Shown one piece after another: positions 44,132-54,270 of a DNA stretch of 64,000 nucleotides (position 1 is the stretch's first letter; each line of letters begins with the position of its first letter). The position numbers and the translations under genes were made by a program. The notes beneath the pieces are model-generated. The model was not told where the DNA came from, ran no database searches, and worked only from the letters and a program-made list of their open reading frames with translations. The DNA is taken from the NCBI GenBank assembly GCA_903925005.1, contig CAIYDX010000399.1, positions 21,867-85,866 of the forward strand. The letters run 5' to 3'. Source of the DNA: an uncultured Geobacteraceae bacterium. Its GTDB lineage: Bacteria > Desulfobacterota > Desulfuromonadia > Geobacterales > Pseudopelobacteraceae.

Positions 44132-44893
44132 ATGAATAACATTTTCCTCCGAATAGCTGCACTGCTTCTACTTCTTGCCGTTTCCGGGTGCGTATCCGGT
44201 CGTGGTCAGAACAGTGTCAAGCCAAATCCGGCTTCCTATCATTATCAAATGGGACTTTCCTATCTTGGTGAACGTAATTATTCCTCGGCTCTGTTTGAGC
44301 TGACGGAAGCAGAAAGACTGGATCCAGAGAATCCAGATCTTCTCTATAATCTCGGCAAGGCCTTTATCGGGAAAAAGCGCCCTGATCTTGCTGAAGCGAA
44401 GCTGCTGAAAGCTATTCTTTTAAAGCCCGGTTTTTCGGTCGCCCGCAACGATCTGGGGGTCGCTTACCTTGATTTGAAGCGCTGGGACAACGCTATTCAG
44501 CAGTTCAAAATTGTAAAAGACGATCTTTTTTACGACCATAGTGATAATGCTACCATTAATCTTGGGCTGGCTTATCTGGGAAAAGGTGATTATTCCAAAG
44601 CATTGGAAGAGCTGCAGGTTGTCGCTGCTCTGGATCCTCGTAATCCTGTTGTGAAACTTTCTCATGGGCGGGTCTTATTTGCCATGGACAAGAGTGAACA
44701 GGCAATGGCCGAATATATCAAGGCGCTTGAGATATATCCGGATTATGGCGCGGCCCACTTTTATCTGGGGCAGGCACAGCTCAAGCTGAGCAGGATTGAT
44801 GCCGCCCGCGTTTCATTCAAAGAGGCAGTTCGGCTTATTCCCGATAGCGAATTGGGGCGCGCTGCTGTCGGTTATCTGGATCTTATCAAATGA
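44132..44893 (+). CDS. TPR-repeat lipoprotein (PilW/PilF-like)
   Basis: 253 aa. Lipobox LLAVSGC and several TPR units. Immediately upstream of rodZ, as in many proteobacteria. Confidence 0.7.
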   Translation: MNNIFLRIAALLLLLAVSGCVSGRGQNSVKPNPASYHYQMGLSYLGERNYSSALFELTEAERLDPENPDLLYNLGKAFIGKKRPDLAEAKLLKAILLKPGFSVARNDLGVAYLDLKRWDNAIQQFKIVKDDLFYDHSDNATINLGLAYLGKGDYSKALEELQVVAALDPRNPVVKLSHGRVLFAMDKSEQAMAEYIKALEIYPDYGAAHFYLGQAQLKLSRIDAARVSFKEAVRLIPDSELGRAAVGYLDLIK

Positions 44894-45771
44894 GTGAAGA
44901 CAGAGTGTCAGATTCGTTATCATATACTCCGGAAACTCTCGGCAGTTCACCTGGAGCAATTCTTCGTCGTTGCCGGGAATTCCACGGGATCACGCTTGAA
45001 GAAGCGTCGGAATCCACAAAAATCGGAATTTCTCACCTTAAGGCATTGGAAGACGACCAGATTCGTGAATTTGCCAACCAGGTTTACCTCAAGGGTTTTC
45101 TACGCATCTACGCAACCTTCCTTGGCCTTAACTCCGACGATGTGGCACGGATGTATGACAAACTATTCGGAGTTAAAGTCGAGAAGGCGGAGCCTGAATA
45201 TATTCCTGTTACTCCTCCCCGCCTGCGGCGCCGTCTGTTATCATTAAAAAAAATGCTGTTCCCGGCCTTGCTTCTGGTAGCGATCCTGATTACTGCAACC
45301 TTTTGGCGCTCTCCTCCCCCTCCTGTCCGTCAGACGCAACCGGCTATGGTTGTTGCCCCACTGCCGCAAAACGCCGCAGTCCAGCAGATACAAAGCTCCG
45401 CAATTAACAGGAGTGCAGAACAGAATATTCCGCTTTCTAAACCAGAAAAACCCCCTGTGAACCTATCCGAATCTGAAAAGAAGGTGACGACAAAACGCTC
45501 GGCAGATATGGCCAAGGGATTTATTCTGAAAATCAAAGTTGTCCAGAACGGCACGCTGACCGCAACTGTCGACGGTTCGGGGCCGCAACCGTATGAGCTT
45601 ACCTTCGGAGATGTCATCGAATGGAAGGCAGAAAAAAAAGTTACGCTGGAATTGAGTAATGCCGGTGGAGTAGACGTAGAACTGAACGGAAAACCTTTCA
45701 AATCGCTCGGTCCGCCCGGCAAGCCGGTTTACGTAGAATTCGATGCCGATGATTTATCAAGTTTCAAGTAG
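44890..45771 (+). CDS. rodZ: Cytoskeleton protein RodZ-like (HTH, TM, DUF4115-type C-domain)
   Basis: 293 aa. N-terminal XRE-type HTH (GITLEEASESTKIGISHLKALE), a central TM helix and a C-terminal beta domain (TLELSNAGGVDVELNGKP). Confidence 0.8.
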   Translation: MSEDRVSDSLSYTPETLGSSPGAILRRCREFHGITLEEASESTKIGISHLKALEDDQIREFANQVYLKGFLRIYATFLGLNSDDVARMYDKLFGVKVEKAEPEYIPVTPPRLRRRLLSLKKMLFPALLLVAILITATFWRSPPPPVRQTQPAMVVAPLPQNAAVQQIQSSAINRSAEQNIPLSKPEKPPVNLSESEKKVTTKRSADMAKGFILKIKVVQNGTLTATVDGSGPQPYELTFGDVIEWKAEKKVTLELSNAGGVDVELNGKPFKSLGPPGKPVYVEFDADDLSSFK

Positions 45772-45870
45772 CTCTGTTGGTTATGCACTTATCCCGTTTT
45801 GCCGGTCTCTGTAACATTTCCGCGATCTCCTCTTCTTGCTGTCAAAATCAAACAAAAAAATACCAGGGTC

Positions 45871-45898
45871 TTGACAGCGCGACGCTCCGTGATAGACT
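45871..45898 (+). promoter_or_regulatory. Candidate sigma70 promoter for the response-regulator/usp/kinase genes
   Basis: TTGACA (45871-45876), a 16-nt spacer, then TAGACT (45893-45898). The AGGAG RBS precedes GTG 45931. Confidence 0.3.
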
Positions 45899-45930
45899 TC
45901 CAGTACTTACGAACTATGTAGGAGCGCACT

Positions 45931-46305
45931 GTGGAGCAGGCTAACAAAAGAGTACTGGTGGTTGATGATGAGGAAAACGCACGAGTGGCGCTTTCCAAAA
46001 TCCTTGCCCATGATGGCTATGACGTCTCATCGGCGAGGAACGGGCTGGAGGCTCTCAATTATCTTCGATGCAAGGATGTCGAGCTGATAATTACCGATCT
46101 TAACATGCCCGAGATGAACGGATTGATGTTTTTGAGGGAACTCAACCGTATCCGCCCTGCCAGTAAAGTTATCATGGTTACCGCTTACGGTGAAGTCGAG
46201 TCGTATCTTGAAGCCATGACATTGGGCGCTTTTGAGTACATTAACAAACCGGTCAAGTATGACGAACTCAAAAAGATCATTAACAAAATCTTCAATGGCG
46301 TCTGA
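45931..46305 (+). CDS. Single-domain response regulator
   Basis: 124 aa with canonical REC residues (VVDDEE, LIITDLNMPEMNG, MVTAYG, INKPV). Confidence 0.88.
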   Translation: MEQANKRVLVVDDEENARVALSKILAHDGYDVSSARNGLEALNYLRCKDVELIITDLNMPEMNGLMFLRELNRIRPASKVIMVTAYGEVESYLEAMTLGAFEYINKPVKYDELKKIINKIFNGV

Positions 46306-46333
46306 ACATGCCGCGCCAATTCAGGAGGACTCA

Positions 46334-46783
46334 ATGAAAACCTTTACAAAAATTCTGACCGCCATCGATTTTTCGGAAAATTCTGAAAGTGCCTTCGACT
46401 ATGCCCTGACTCTTGCGACTCAGTTTAACGCCGAACTCACAATCATTCATGTTATCAATGAGCCTGTTGATTTACGCGGTTTCTATGTGCCGCACATCTC
46501 GTTTGAACAGCTCGAAAAAGAGATTGAAGAAAGCGCTGTCAAGATGATGAAAGAGTTCTGCGACTCAAAGTTAGGAACGTTTTCAAATTACAAAACAGCG
46601 ATCGTAACCGGCATTCCCTACGACGAAATTACGGCGACCGCTGCTAAAATCGAGGCGTCCCTTATCGTACTCGGTACTCACGGCAGAACCGGTCTTGATC
46701 GGATCCTTTTTGGCAGCACAGCCGAACGGGTTGTCCGCTCCGCCACTTGCCCAGTTCTGACGGTCAGGCTTCCGATCGTTTAA
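46334..46783 (+). CDS. Universal stress protein (UspA family)
   Basis: ATG 46334 follows AGGAGG. KILTAIDFSENSE and the C-terminal ATP-binding motif GTHGRTGLDRILFGSTAERV. Confidence 0.88.
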   Translation: MKTFTKILTAIDFSENSESAFDYALTLATQFNAELTIIHVINEPVDLRGFYVPHISFEQLEKEIEESAVKMMKEFCDSKLGTFSNYKTAIVTGIPYDEITATAAKIEASLIVLGTHGRTGLDRILFGSTAERVVRSATCPVLTVRLPIV

Positions 46784-46811
46784 CCGTAAACTTTCAAAGA
46801 GCTATCACTTA

Positions 46812-48002
46812 ATGTTGACAGAATCCGGCTCACAAAACAAAAAAGTCTCTGTCGTCATTATCGACGACGACAGGAACATCCTTGAATTGACCTCACTGAT
46901 ACTTTCAAGACATGGTTTCCAACCGTATATTACAAGCCGTGTTCACGATGGCTTAGAGCTGATTTCATCTATTTCTCCCGAATTGGTCCTGCTCGATTAT
47001 ATGATGCCGGATATGGATGGGCTGTCTGCTCTGCAACAGATAAAGTCCAGATTTTCCGATACGTACGTCGTGATGCTTACCGGCAAGGGGAGTGAAGAAG
47101 TTGCCGTAGAATCGATAAAAAATGGTGCTTCGGAGTATATCCTGAAGCCGTTTAATAATCGCAACCTTATCAAACGGCTGGAAAACGTATTGAAAATCCG
47201 TGCAATCGAACTCCACAACCGGGAGCTGCAAAAACAGCAGGAACAGCTGCTTTATGAAATTGAGCATTGGAATCTGGAGCTGCAGAAACGGGTACGTGAA
47301 AAATCCGAAGCGCTTCAAAGAGCTCAGGAAGAAATTGCCCAATCCGAGAAATTCGCGGCAATGGGCTATCTATCCGCGGGTGTAGCTCACGAAATACGGA
47401 ATCCCCTTAACTCTATCTCCCTCTTCATTCAACTAATGGGGCAGACGACGACTGAACCGGATCAACTTGAGTATCAGGCGAAAATATTGAAAGAGGTTGA
47501 TCGAATAGATTCTATTATCCGTAAATTGCTTGATTCATCCCGCCGAACCCGCGTCATTACGTCCAATGTGCAGATCAATCAGGTGATCGATAGCGCAATA
47601 GAAGCCTTTTCTCCTCAAATTGAGATCAGAAAAATTCATGTAGATCGGTTGTATCGTTGCATACCATCGCCTATAACTGCCGACCCGACGGAGTTAGAGC
47701 AGGTCTTTACGAATCTTTTTCTGAATGCTCTGGATGCGATGAGTATCGGTGGTCGTCTTGCTATTGAGGTTTTCGAAAAAGATGGCCGCGTGATTGTCAG
47801 GGTTGGTGACAGTGGCACCGGAATTGCGATGGATGCTCTCCCCAGTATATTTGAACCTTTTTTCAGTACAAAAAATCGCGGCACCGGAATGGGGCTTCCG
47901 GTTGCCCAGCGTATTGCAAGAATGTATGAAGGGAGCATGGAGGTTGAATGCTCATCTTCGGCGGGAACCATATTTCGTCTGGAGTTCCCGGCCTGCAGTT
48001 GA
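46812..48002 (+). CDS. Hybrid sensor histidine kinase (N-terminal receiver, coiled coil, HisKA, HATPase_c)
   Basis: 396 aa. REC motifs (IDDD, LLDYMMPDMDG, KPF), H-box AHEIRNPLN, and N/G boxes (NLFLNALDAM, DSGTGI, GTGMGL). Confidence 0.9.
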   Translation: MLTESGSQNKKVSVVIIDDDRNILELTSLILSRHGFQPYITSRVHDGLELISSISPELVLLDYMMPDMDGLSALQQIKSRFSDTYVVMLTGKGSEEVAVESIKNGASEYILKPFNNRNLIKRLENVLKIRAIELHNRELQKQQEQLLYEIEHWNLELQKRVREKSEALQRAQEEIAQSEKFAAMGYLSAGVAHEIRNPLNSISLFIQLMGQTTTEPDQLEYQAKILKEVDRIDSIIRKLLDSSRRTRVITSNVQINQVIDSAIEAFSPQIEIRKIHVDRLYRCIPSPITADPTELEQVFTNLFLNALDAMSIGGRLAIEVFEKDGRVIVRVGDSGTGIAMDALPSIFEPFFSTKNRGTGMGLPVAQRIARMYEGSMEVECSSSAGTIFRLEFPACS

Positions 48003-48200
48003 AATATTCGTCCTTTCTTTTTTCTACTGATGTGATGTAGTATGTCTTGCCGGTAGACAACCATTTCAGCCCGGTAGAGTGCGCTTTCATGAACCCTGCC
48101 TGCAGAAAATTCTTATCACTGATGACGATCCGTCCGGTTGATATAGTTATCAACGCAATACAGCTTCTTGAGCGCGGAAAGTACCTGCAGAGTTGACAAC

Positions 48201-49778
48201 ATGCCTTTTATCTATCGCAATCTTTTTCTTACCCCCCTTGAACGTGAAGAAACATTGCCCGCATTGCTGGCGGCGAAGCTTTCCGTTCCACTCACATCCT
48301 TGCATGACGTTCGAATCATGCGCAAAGGGATAGATGCCCGCAAAAAGCCGCAGATAAAATTAGTTTACACGCTCTCATTTTCTGCCGATGATGCGCTTCG
48401 GACCCGCTTGGGCAGTGATTCGTCACTGGAGTGGCAGGACGAAAAAACGGTTTCTCCCCTAGCGCGGATTCAATCTCTCAAGCGCATTGTTATTGTCGGA
48501 AGCGGCCCTGCAGGGATTTTTGCCGCGCTGCGTCTGGCAGAGTACGGTTTGACGGCTACGATTATCGAGCGCGGGGAACCGGTTGAACAGCGGGCGCTGA
48601 CCGTACAACGCTTCTGGAAAGAGGGTATTCTGGATTCTGAGTCCAATGTCCAGTTCGGCGAGGGAGGCGCAGGAACTTTTTCGGATGGTAAGTTGACCTG
48701 CCGCAGTAAAGATCCGCTGGTTTCGTGGGTGCTGGATCAGTTAGCCCTCTTCGGTGCCCAACCTGAAGTGCGCTATCAAGCCAAACCGCACATCGGCACG
48801 GATCGATTAAGGACGGTAATCAGCGTGATTCGCCGGAATCTTCTTGATAAAGGCTTAACTTTTCGCTTCGGTACCCGCATGACCGATATGAAAATCAAGG
48901 ATGGTCGTGTCGAGGCGGTGATCCTGAATGATGTCGAGGAAATTGCGTGCGATTATCTGATTCTGGCAGGCGGCCATAGTGCTCGGGACACGTTTGAACT
49001 GCTGGAGAGGCTGAATGTTCCACTCCAGCGTAAGCCGTTTGCAATGGGACTCAGGGTTGAACATCCACAAGAACTGATAAACATGATTCAGTATGGTAGC
49101 CGGAAACAGCCAAATCTCCCGGCAGCCGACTATGCCGTTACCTGGAACAACAGCTCCAGTGGCCGTAGCGCCTATTCCTTCTGCATGTGTCCTGGCGGGG
49201 TTGTAGTGGGGGGGGCATCCGAGGAGGGTGGGGTCGTAACGAACGGCATGAGCGGCCAACTGCGCAACTCTCCTTATGCTAACAGCGCTCTGGTTGTTAA
49301 TGTCCGGGAAACGGATTTCGATGGGCCGGGTCCGTTGGCAGGGATCAGGCTGCAACGCAGGTGGGAGCAGCGGGCATTTGAACTTGGTGGCGGTGGCTTC
49401 CTGGCACCAGCTCAGAACCTGCTTGCTTTCTTAAAGCTTCCGGGAAAGGGAGCTGTCAACACGAGCTATCGCCCAGGAATCTGCGAAACGGAGCTGAATT
49501 CTGTTCTGCCTTCCTATATCATCGATACGCTACGTGAAGGGATTGTTGATTTCGGCCGCAAGTTGAGGGGATTTGTCACTGCCGAGGCTACTCTGATCGG
49601 GATCGAATCCCGCACTTCGTCTCCGGTGCGCATCCTGCGCGACAGCAGCTATGAGTCTATCGGAGTTAAAGGTTTGTATCCCGCCGGCGAAGGGGCCGGA
49701 TATGCCGGCGGCATAATGAGCTCTGCCGTGGATGGCATCAGAATTTCCGATAGTATTGCAGGGCAATTGAAAATTTAA
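48201..49778 (+). CDS. FAD-dependent oxidoreductase (COG2509-like)
   Basis: Rossmann motif IVGSGPAGIFAALRLAE and C-terminal GEGAGYAGGI. ATG 48201 (MPFIYRN) is the likely start; the listed TTG at 48168 is possible. Confidence 0.8.
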   Translation: MPFIYRNLFLTPLEREETLPALLAAKLSVPLTSLHDVRIMRKGIDARKKPQIKLVYTLSFSADDALRTRLGSDSSLEWQDEKTVSPLARIQSLKRIVIVGSGPAGIFAALRLAEYGLTATIIERGEPVEQRALTVQRFWKEGILDSESNVQFGEGGAGTFSDGKLTCRSKDPLVSWVLDQLALFGAQPEVRYQAKPHIGTDRLRTVISVIRRNLLDKGLTFRFGTRMTDMKIKDGRVEAVILNDVEEIACDYLILAGGHSARDTFELLERLNVPLQRKPFAMGLRVEHPQELINMIQYGSRKQPNLPAADYAVTWNNSSSGRSAYSFCMCPGGVVVGGASEEGGVVTNGMSGQLRNSPYANSALVVNVRETDFDGPGPLAGIRLQRRWEQRAFELGGGGFLAPAQNLLAFLKLPGKGAVNTSYRPGICETELNSVLPSYIIDTLREGIVDFGRKLRGFVTAEATLIGIESRTSSPVRILRDSSYESIGVKGLYPAGEGAGYAGGIMSSAVDGIRISDSIAGQLKI

Positions 49779-50176
49779 CGCCCCTGTTTATGAATAAACT
49801 GACTGTACCCCTGATCTGTCCCCTTTATGTGGCAGACCAGCCACTCCGTTAAAAAATCCAGTACATTTTCACTCATTTCATGCCCGTCATTATAGTTGAC
49901 CTGGATTTCCCGCAATCGTAAAACAAACTTATCATGCTCTTTACGATGAGCCGCCAGGCCGGGATAATTATAGGAGAGCATTAGCCGTTCTTCCTCATTG
50001 AAGTGTTCCGACACGTAGGTAATCAGCTTCCATATCACTTCGCCTACAGCTTCAGCTCCGTTTCCATTCCTGACCGCTTCGTCGAGCGTGTTAATCCAGC
50101 CAAAAAGAGCTTTGTGCTGTGCATCAACGGTAGGAATCCCAAGCGCAATACTGTCATCCCATTCAAAAAATGCCAT
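49775..50176 (-). CDS. Bacteriohemerythrin-like protein
   Basis: 133 aa. FEWDDSIALGIPTVDAQHK, HFNEEERLM and HRKEHDKF iron-ligand motifs. Confidence 0.88.
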   Translation of the reverse strand: MAFFEWDDSIALGIPTVDAQHKALFGWINTLDEAVRNGNGAEAVGEVIWKLITYVSEHFNEEERLMLSYNYPGLAAHRKEHDKFVLRLREIQVNYNDGHEMSENVLDFLTEWLVCHIKGTDQGYSQFIHKQGR

Positions 50177-50218
50177 GTCTGTTCACCTCGTTGGTAAGAT
50201 GGATGGTAATCTATTTTA

Positions 50219-51649
50219 TCAGGGTTTGGGAATATTCAGTTTCAGGTCCAGCTCCCGCACTTTTCCAAGCGTTGCGAGCGGCTGGTTAAATTTTGCAGCA
50301 TCACCGATTACAATAAGCTTGAATGCGTCCGGATGCAGATATTTTCGCGCGGCATTCAGGATATCGGTTTTTGTTACTTTGGCAATGTTGTCGCGATACC
50401 GTTCTAAATAGCCGTCAGGATAACCGTAATATTCAAGACGGGCTCGCTGGGTTACAATCGAAGCCGGACTGGTGAAGCCGAACATGAACGAATTGATTAT
50501 GTATTCCCGCGCGGCGTTAAGCTCTCCATCGCTGACCGGCTCTATCGTCATGTCGGTAATAATTTTTTTCATCAAACTGATTGCTTTGGTGGTGGATTCT
50601 GCCTTGGTTTCGGTCTCCGCAATAAAGCTGCCGGTAAAGCGGCGACCGATGTCGAAGTGGCTGCCAACGCTGTAGGCCAGCCCTTGGTTGGTACGAATCT
50701 CCATCGTCAAGCGCGATGTAAAGCTCCCTCCAAGGATGTAGCCGAGAAGGCGCACAGCATAAATATCCGGGGAATCCTTGCTCAACCCCAGATGCCCCAT
50801 GCGAATGACGGTCTGATTGATCTCCTTCTTGCCGTAGATTACTTCGCCCTGAAACAGTTGTTTCGGCTGCGGTACCGTTGGCAAAGTCAGGGCAGTGTGG
50901 TTCATTACCGGTTTAAAAATCAGATTTAATTCTTTGAGTAGAGCAGTACGATCAAAATCGCCTGAAACCGCAAGAATCATATTGTCAAGGCGGTAAAACT
51001 GACGATGAAATTCAACCAGATCTTGGCGGGTTATGGAACTGATTGACTTGAAGGTGGTGATATCGCCCAGAGGGTGGCCGGCATAAATTACCCGATTAAT
51101 CTCGCGTCCGGCAATTTCCTTCGGATCGTCATTCTGGCGTCTCAGAGCCTCAATGGTTTGCCTGCGGGCAATTTCAATCCGTTTTTCGTTGAAGTCGGGT
51201 CGCAGCAGGACGTCACTGAAAATCTGTAGCGTACGGTTGAAGTTCTTTTTGAGTGCAGTCAGAGAGATCGTTCCCATATCGCTGCCAACGCCGCTTTCTA
51301 CGGAAGAGGCCATAAATTCAAGCTCATCATCCATAGTTTCCGTTGCGACCCCTCCAGCACCCCCGCTGCGCATGACAGTGCCGACCATATTTGACAACCC
51401 TGATTTTTCCGCCGGTTCGTAGACCGATCCAGTCCTTACCATGGCGGTCATATTAATAATCGGTAGTTCGGTGTCGCGCAGCAGATAGACCGGCATCCCA
51501 CACTCGAGAACAACCCGCTCGGCATTGGGGATCTGATAGTTCAAATCGGGAAATTTCATGGTTCGGGGATTTGCCAACCGCTGATCCGCCGCATAAACCG
51601 GAGCAATCAAGGTGATCAGGAAACAGGTGGAAAGTACAAACCGTCTCAT
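50219..51649 (-). CDS. Secreted M16-family peptidase, non-catalytic-type subunit (no HxxEH)
   Basis: 476 aa with a signal peptide. M16 fold blocks are present, but no HxxEH motif sits at the expected N-terminal position. ATGA overlap with the upstream M16 gene. Confidence 0.8.
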   Translation of the reverse strand: MRRFVLSTCFLITLIAPVYAADQRLANPRTMKFPDLNYQIPNAERVVLECGMPVYLLRDTELPIINMTAMVRTGSVYEPAEKSGLSNMVGTVMRSGGAGGVATETMDDELEFMASSVESGVGSDMGTISLTALKKNFNRTLQIFSDVLLRPDFNEKRIEIARRQTIEALRRQNDDPKEIAGREINRVIYAGHPLGDITTFKSISSITRQDLVEFHRQFYRLDNMILAVSGDFDRTALLKELNLIFKPVMNHTALTLPTVPQPKQLFQGEVIYGKKEINQTVIRMGHLGLSKDSPDIYAVRLLGYILGGSFTSRLTMEIRTNQGLAYSVGSHFDIGRRFTGSFIAETETKAESTTKAISLMKKIITDMTIEPVSDGELNAAREYIINSFMFGFTSPASIVTQRARLEYYGYPDGYLERYRDNIAKVTKTDILNAARKYLHPDAFKLIVIGDAAKFNQPLATLGKVRELDLKLNIPKP

Positions 51650-53130
51650 TTGTCACCCCCTTTTTTGGTGATAAATCCGACGGTGCGGTTCTCGCGGGTG
51701 AAGTAGGTGTTGGCAACCCTCATGATGTCCGCAGGAGTGACTTTGGCAATCATACCTCGATGCTCTATCATATAGCGCCAGCTGCCGGTTGTCGCTTCAT
51801 ATTCGGTTAAGTTGCGCGCCAGCCCGCCATTGGTCCCCATCCGGCGCGCCTCCTCATACTCTATTTTATTAAGGATGCGCTGCAGATCGCGTGCGCTGAC
51901 CGGTGTCGTTTTCAGCAGATCCAGTTCAGCCTGAACGGCATCTTCAACCTCGGCAACCGTATGTGGGGCACGAGGGTTGACACTGACTATGAACAGGTTA
52001 GGGTAGCGCTCGCCCGGCGCATTAAAAGTTCCGATATCCGTGGCGATCTGCTTTTCGATCACCAGCTTTTTGTGAAAGCGTGAGGTGCGTCCGCTTCCCA
52101 GAATCATGCTGATCACATCGAAAACATAATCATCCGGAGTGCTGACAGCCGGTTTATGGAAACCGATTATAACACCCGGTTCCGCCTCGGCGACCAGCTC
52201 AATTCGTCGCTCCCCCAACTGCTTGGGTTCCATGGCGGTGACCGGCGGCAACACTTTTCCCGGCTTTATTGCGCTAAAATAGCGTTCGACCAGAGTTTTT
52301 GTCTTCTCTGCGTCAATGTCTCCTACAATGGCAACTATGGCATTATTAGGCGCATAGTAACTATGAAAAAACCTCTCGGCTTTGCTGCGGGTCAGGTTTT
52401 CAATATCGGTCATCCAGCCGATTGTCGGCTGGCCGTAGGGGTGCGCCAGGAAGCTGGAGGCAACAAACGTTTCCCACAACTTGCTTTCCGGGTCGGCATC
52501 ATACGATCTGCGCCGCTCCTCCATCACAACGGCGCGTTCGGTGTAAAATTCCCGCAGTACCGCGTTCTGCAATCGGTCAGATTCAATGGCGGCCCAGAGT
52601 TCCAGTTTGTTGGCCGGCAGATTGATCAGATAAGTAGTGCCGTCCCGGCTGGTAAAGGCGTTATAACCGGTGCCGCCGTTCTTCGAGTATAGTTCAAAAA
52701 ATTCATCTTTGACGACATATTGGGATGCGTCGGTCTCCAGAGCGGTTAGTTTTTTATCCAGTTCAGCAATTATTCTCCCGTCAGCTTTGTCACCCTTTGC
52801 TTTCTCGGCAATCAACGTCTGGGCTACCTCTTCGATATTATCAAGTATCGGCTTTTCCGCGGCGTAATTCTTTGTTCCAAGCGTGGTTGTCCCCTTGAAG
52901 AGCATATGTTCCAGCATGTGCGCAATTCCGCGTTCGTCGCTCCGTTCATCGACGCTCCCGACTTTGAACCGGATCCAGGCCGAAACGGTCGGCGAGGTAT
53001 GTCTCTCCACCATCAGAAGTTTCATGCCGTTTTTCATCGAGTATTCGACGACCTTCTCTTCAAGAGTCGCGGCCTGTATCTGAGTCGCACACGCTGCCAG
53101 CAGCGTAATTACGAGCAAAAATCGCTTCAT
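51646..53130 (-). CDS. Secreted M16-family zinc peptidase (catalytic HxxEH present)
   Basis: 494 aa with a signal peptide and the motif GIAHMLEHMLFKGT. Confidence 0.88.
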   Translation of the reverse strand: MKRFLLVITLLAACATQIQAATLEEKVVEYSMKNGMKLLMVERHTSPTVSAWIRFKVGSVDERSDERGIAHMLEHMLFKGTTTLGTKNYAAEKPILDNIEEVAQTLIAEKAKGDKADGRIIAELDKKLTALETDASQYVVKDEFFELYSKNGGTGYNAFTSRDGTTYLINLPANKLELWAAIESDRLQNAVLREFYTERAVVMEERRRSYDADPESKLWETFVASSFLAHPYGQPTIGWMTDIENLTRSKAERFFHSYYAPNNAIVAIVGDIDAEKTKTLVERYFSAIKPGKVLPPVTAMEPKQLGERRIELVAEAEPGVIIGFHKPAVSTPDDYVFDVISMILGSGRTSRFHKKLVIEKQIATDIGTFNAPGERYPNLFIVSVNPRAPHTVAEVEDAVQAELDLLKTTPVSARDLQRILNKIEYEEARRMGTNGGLARNLTEYEATTGSWRYMIEHRGMIAKVTPADIMRVANTYFTRENRTVGFITKKGGDK

Positions 53131-53143
53131 ATTCCATGCTCCA

Positions 53144-54226
53144 TTAAAATACTGAAAATTTGATATATTTTCTCGGGTTTTCCTTGAAATCTTTTACCAG
53201 CGAATCCAGATCATCTACCATCTTGTTCATTTTATCATAGAGCGCTTTATCGTTCACCAACCGGCCGGCGGTCCCATCCCCCTCTTTGATTTTCGCAGCT
53301 ATCTCCTCAAATGATTTTACCGACGATTCCGCCTTGGTAAGGAGAGAAATTCCCTTGTCATAAAACTGCCGATCATTAAGGAGCAGACCGACCGAACCCT
53401 CTTTTGACATGATTTTCCTGTTTAGATCCCGGACATCATCGGCTGCCTGGATACTCTTGTCGGCCAGTGAAGTCAGTTTCATATAGAGGGCCTTGTCGTA
53501 AATCAATTTGTTAAGCGTTCCGTCAGATTCCTGAATATCCATCAGTGTACGATCGGCACGGTTAAGGATGCTGATCAGCTTGTTGTACGGTTCCGGATCG
53601 CGGTTAAGCTTGCCAAGAGTCCCTTCACCACGGTTTATCGTGACAACCAGGTCTTTCATTTCGACGGCAAGACGCGCAAGATTGTTGTAGAGCGTTTCGT
53701 CTTTGCTAAGTTTCCCCAAGGTCCCTTTACCCTGCTGAATGTTGTCTATGATTCCGTTCACCTTGTCAAAAGTATCCCCCGCTTTTTGTATGACATCATC
53801 CAGTTTAGTTGCCGATGAACCCTGCAGTACGGCGGGTGGCTTGTCGGAGTAATGTTTTGAAGGGAGTATATCGACATATTTCTCACCCATCAGCCCACGG
53901 GTTTTGATCGATATTTTAGAATCCGTCCCGATCTTCTTCATCGCATCGGTATCGACTTCGATATCGATGCTGACCGCATTGCTATGTTTCGGGTCGGCAA
54001 ACAGGACGTCGGTGACAAGTCCGACGTCTACCCCTGCGAGCCAGACCGGTGCGCCGACTTTCAGCCCGACAACATCACTCATGACAACTCGCATGGAGCC
54101 CTTGTTGACAAACATCTTCGTCTTCTGGCCCATCAGCAGAACTCCACCGGCAAAAAAAATCAGCGCCAGAAAGATGAAAACACCTCCTCGCACCTGAGCC
54201 CAGCCGATCTGATTACTTCGTTTCAT
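53144..54226 (-). CDS. mlaD: MCE/MlaD-family protein with an extended repetitive C-terminal region
   Basis: 360 aa. N-terminal TM helix and an MCE domain (VGLKVGAPVWLAGVDVGLV). Five GxGT(L)GKL..LY repeats follow. Confidence 0.85.
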   Translation of the reverse strand: MKRSNQIGWAQVRGGVFIFLALIFFAGGVLLMGQKTKMFVNKGSMRVVMSDVVGLKVGAPVWLAGVDVGLVTDVLFADPKHSNAVSIDIEVDTDAMKKIGTDSKISIKTRGLMGEKYVDILPSKHYSDKPPAVLQGSSATKLDDVIQKAGDTFDKVNGIIDNIQQGKGTLGKLSKDETLYNNLARLAVEMKDLVVTINRGEGTLGKLNRDPEPYNKLISILNRADRTLMDIQESDGTLNKLIYDKALYMKLTSLADKSIQAADDVRDLNRKIMSKEGSVGLLLNDRQFYDKGISLLTKAESSVKSFEEIAAKIKEGDGTAGRLVNDKALYDKMNKMVDDLDSLVKDFKENPRKYIKFSVF

Positions 54227-54270
54227 ATCTCTTCCGCCTGTGTCAATTGTTTGATAATGGAATTAGAGTG

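Noticed and set aside
45789-45998. 69-aa minus-strand ORF in the rodZ/response-regulator spacer
   Set aside because: It overlaps the promoter/RBS region and the 5' end of the response regulator gene. It has no SD and a low-complexity Ser/Thr-rich translation.
48089-48196. 35-codon ORF (MNPACRKFLSLMTIRPVDIVINAIQLLERGKYLQS) ending just before the FAD oxidoreductase start
   Set aside because: It has no Shine-Dalgarno sequence and no recognisable features. It is most likely chance in a 200-nt leader.
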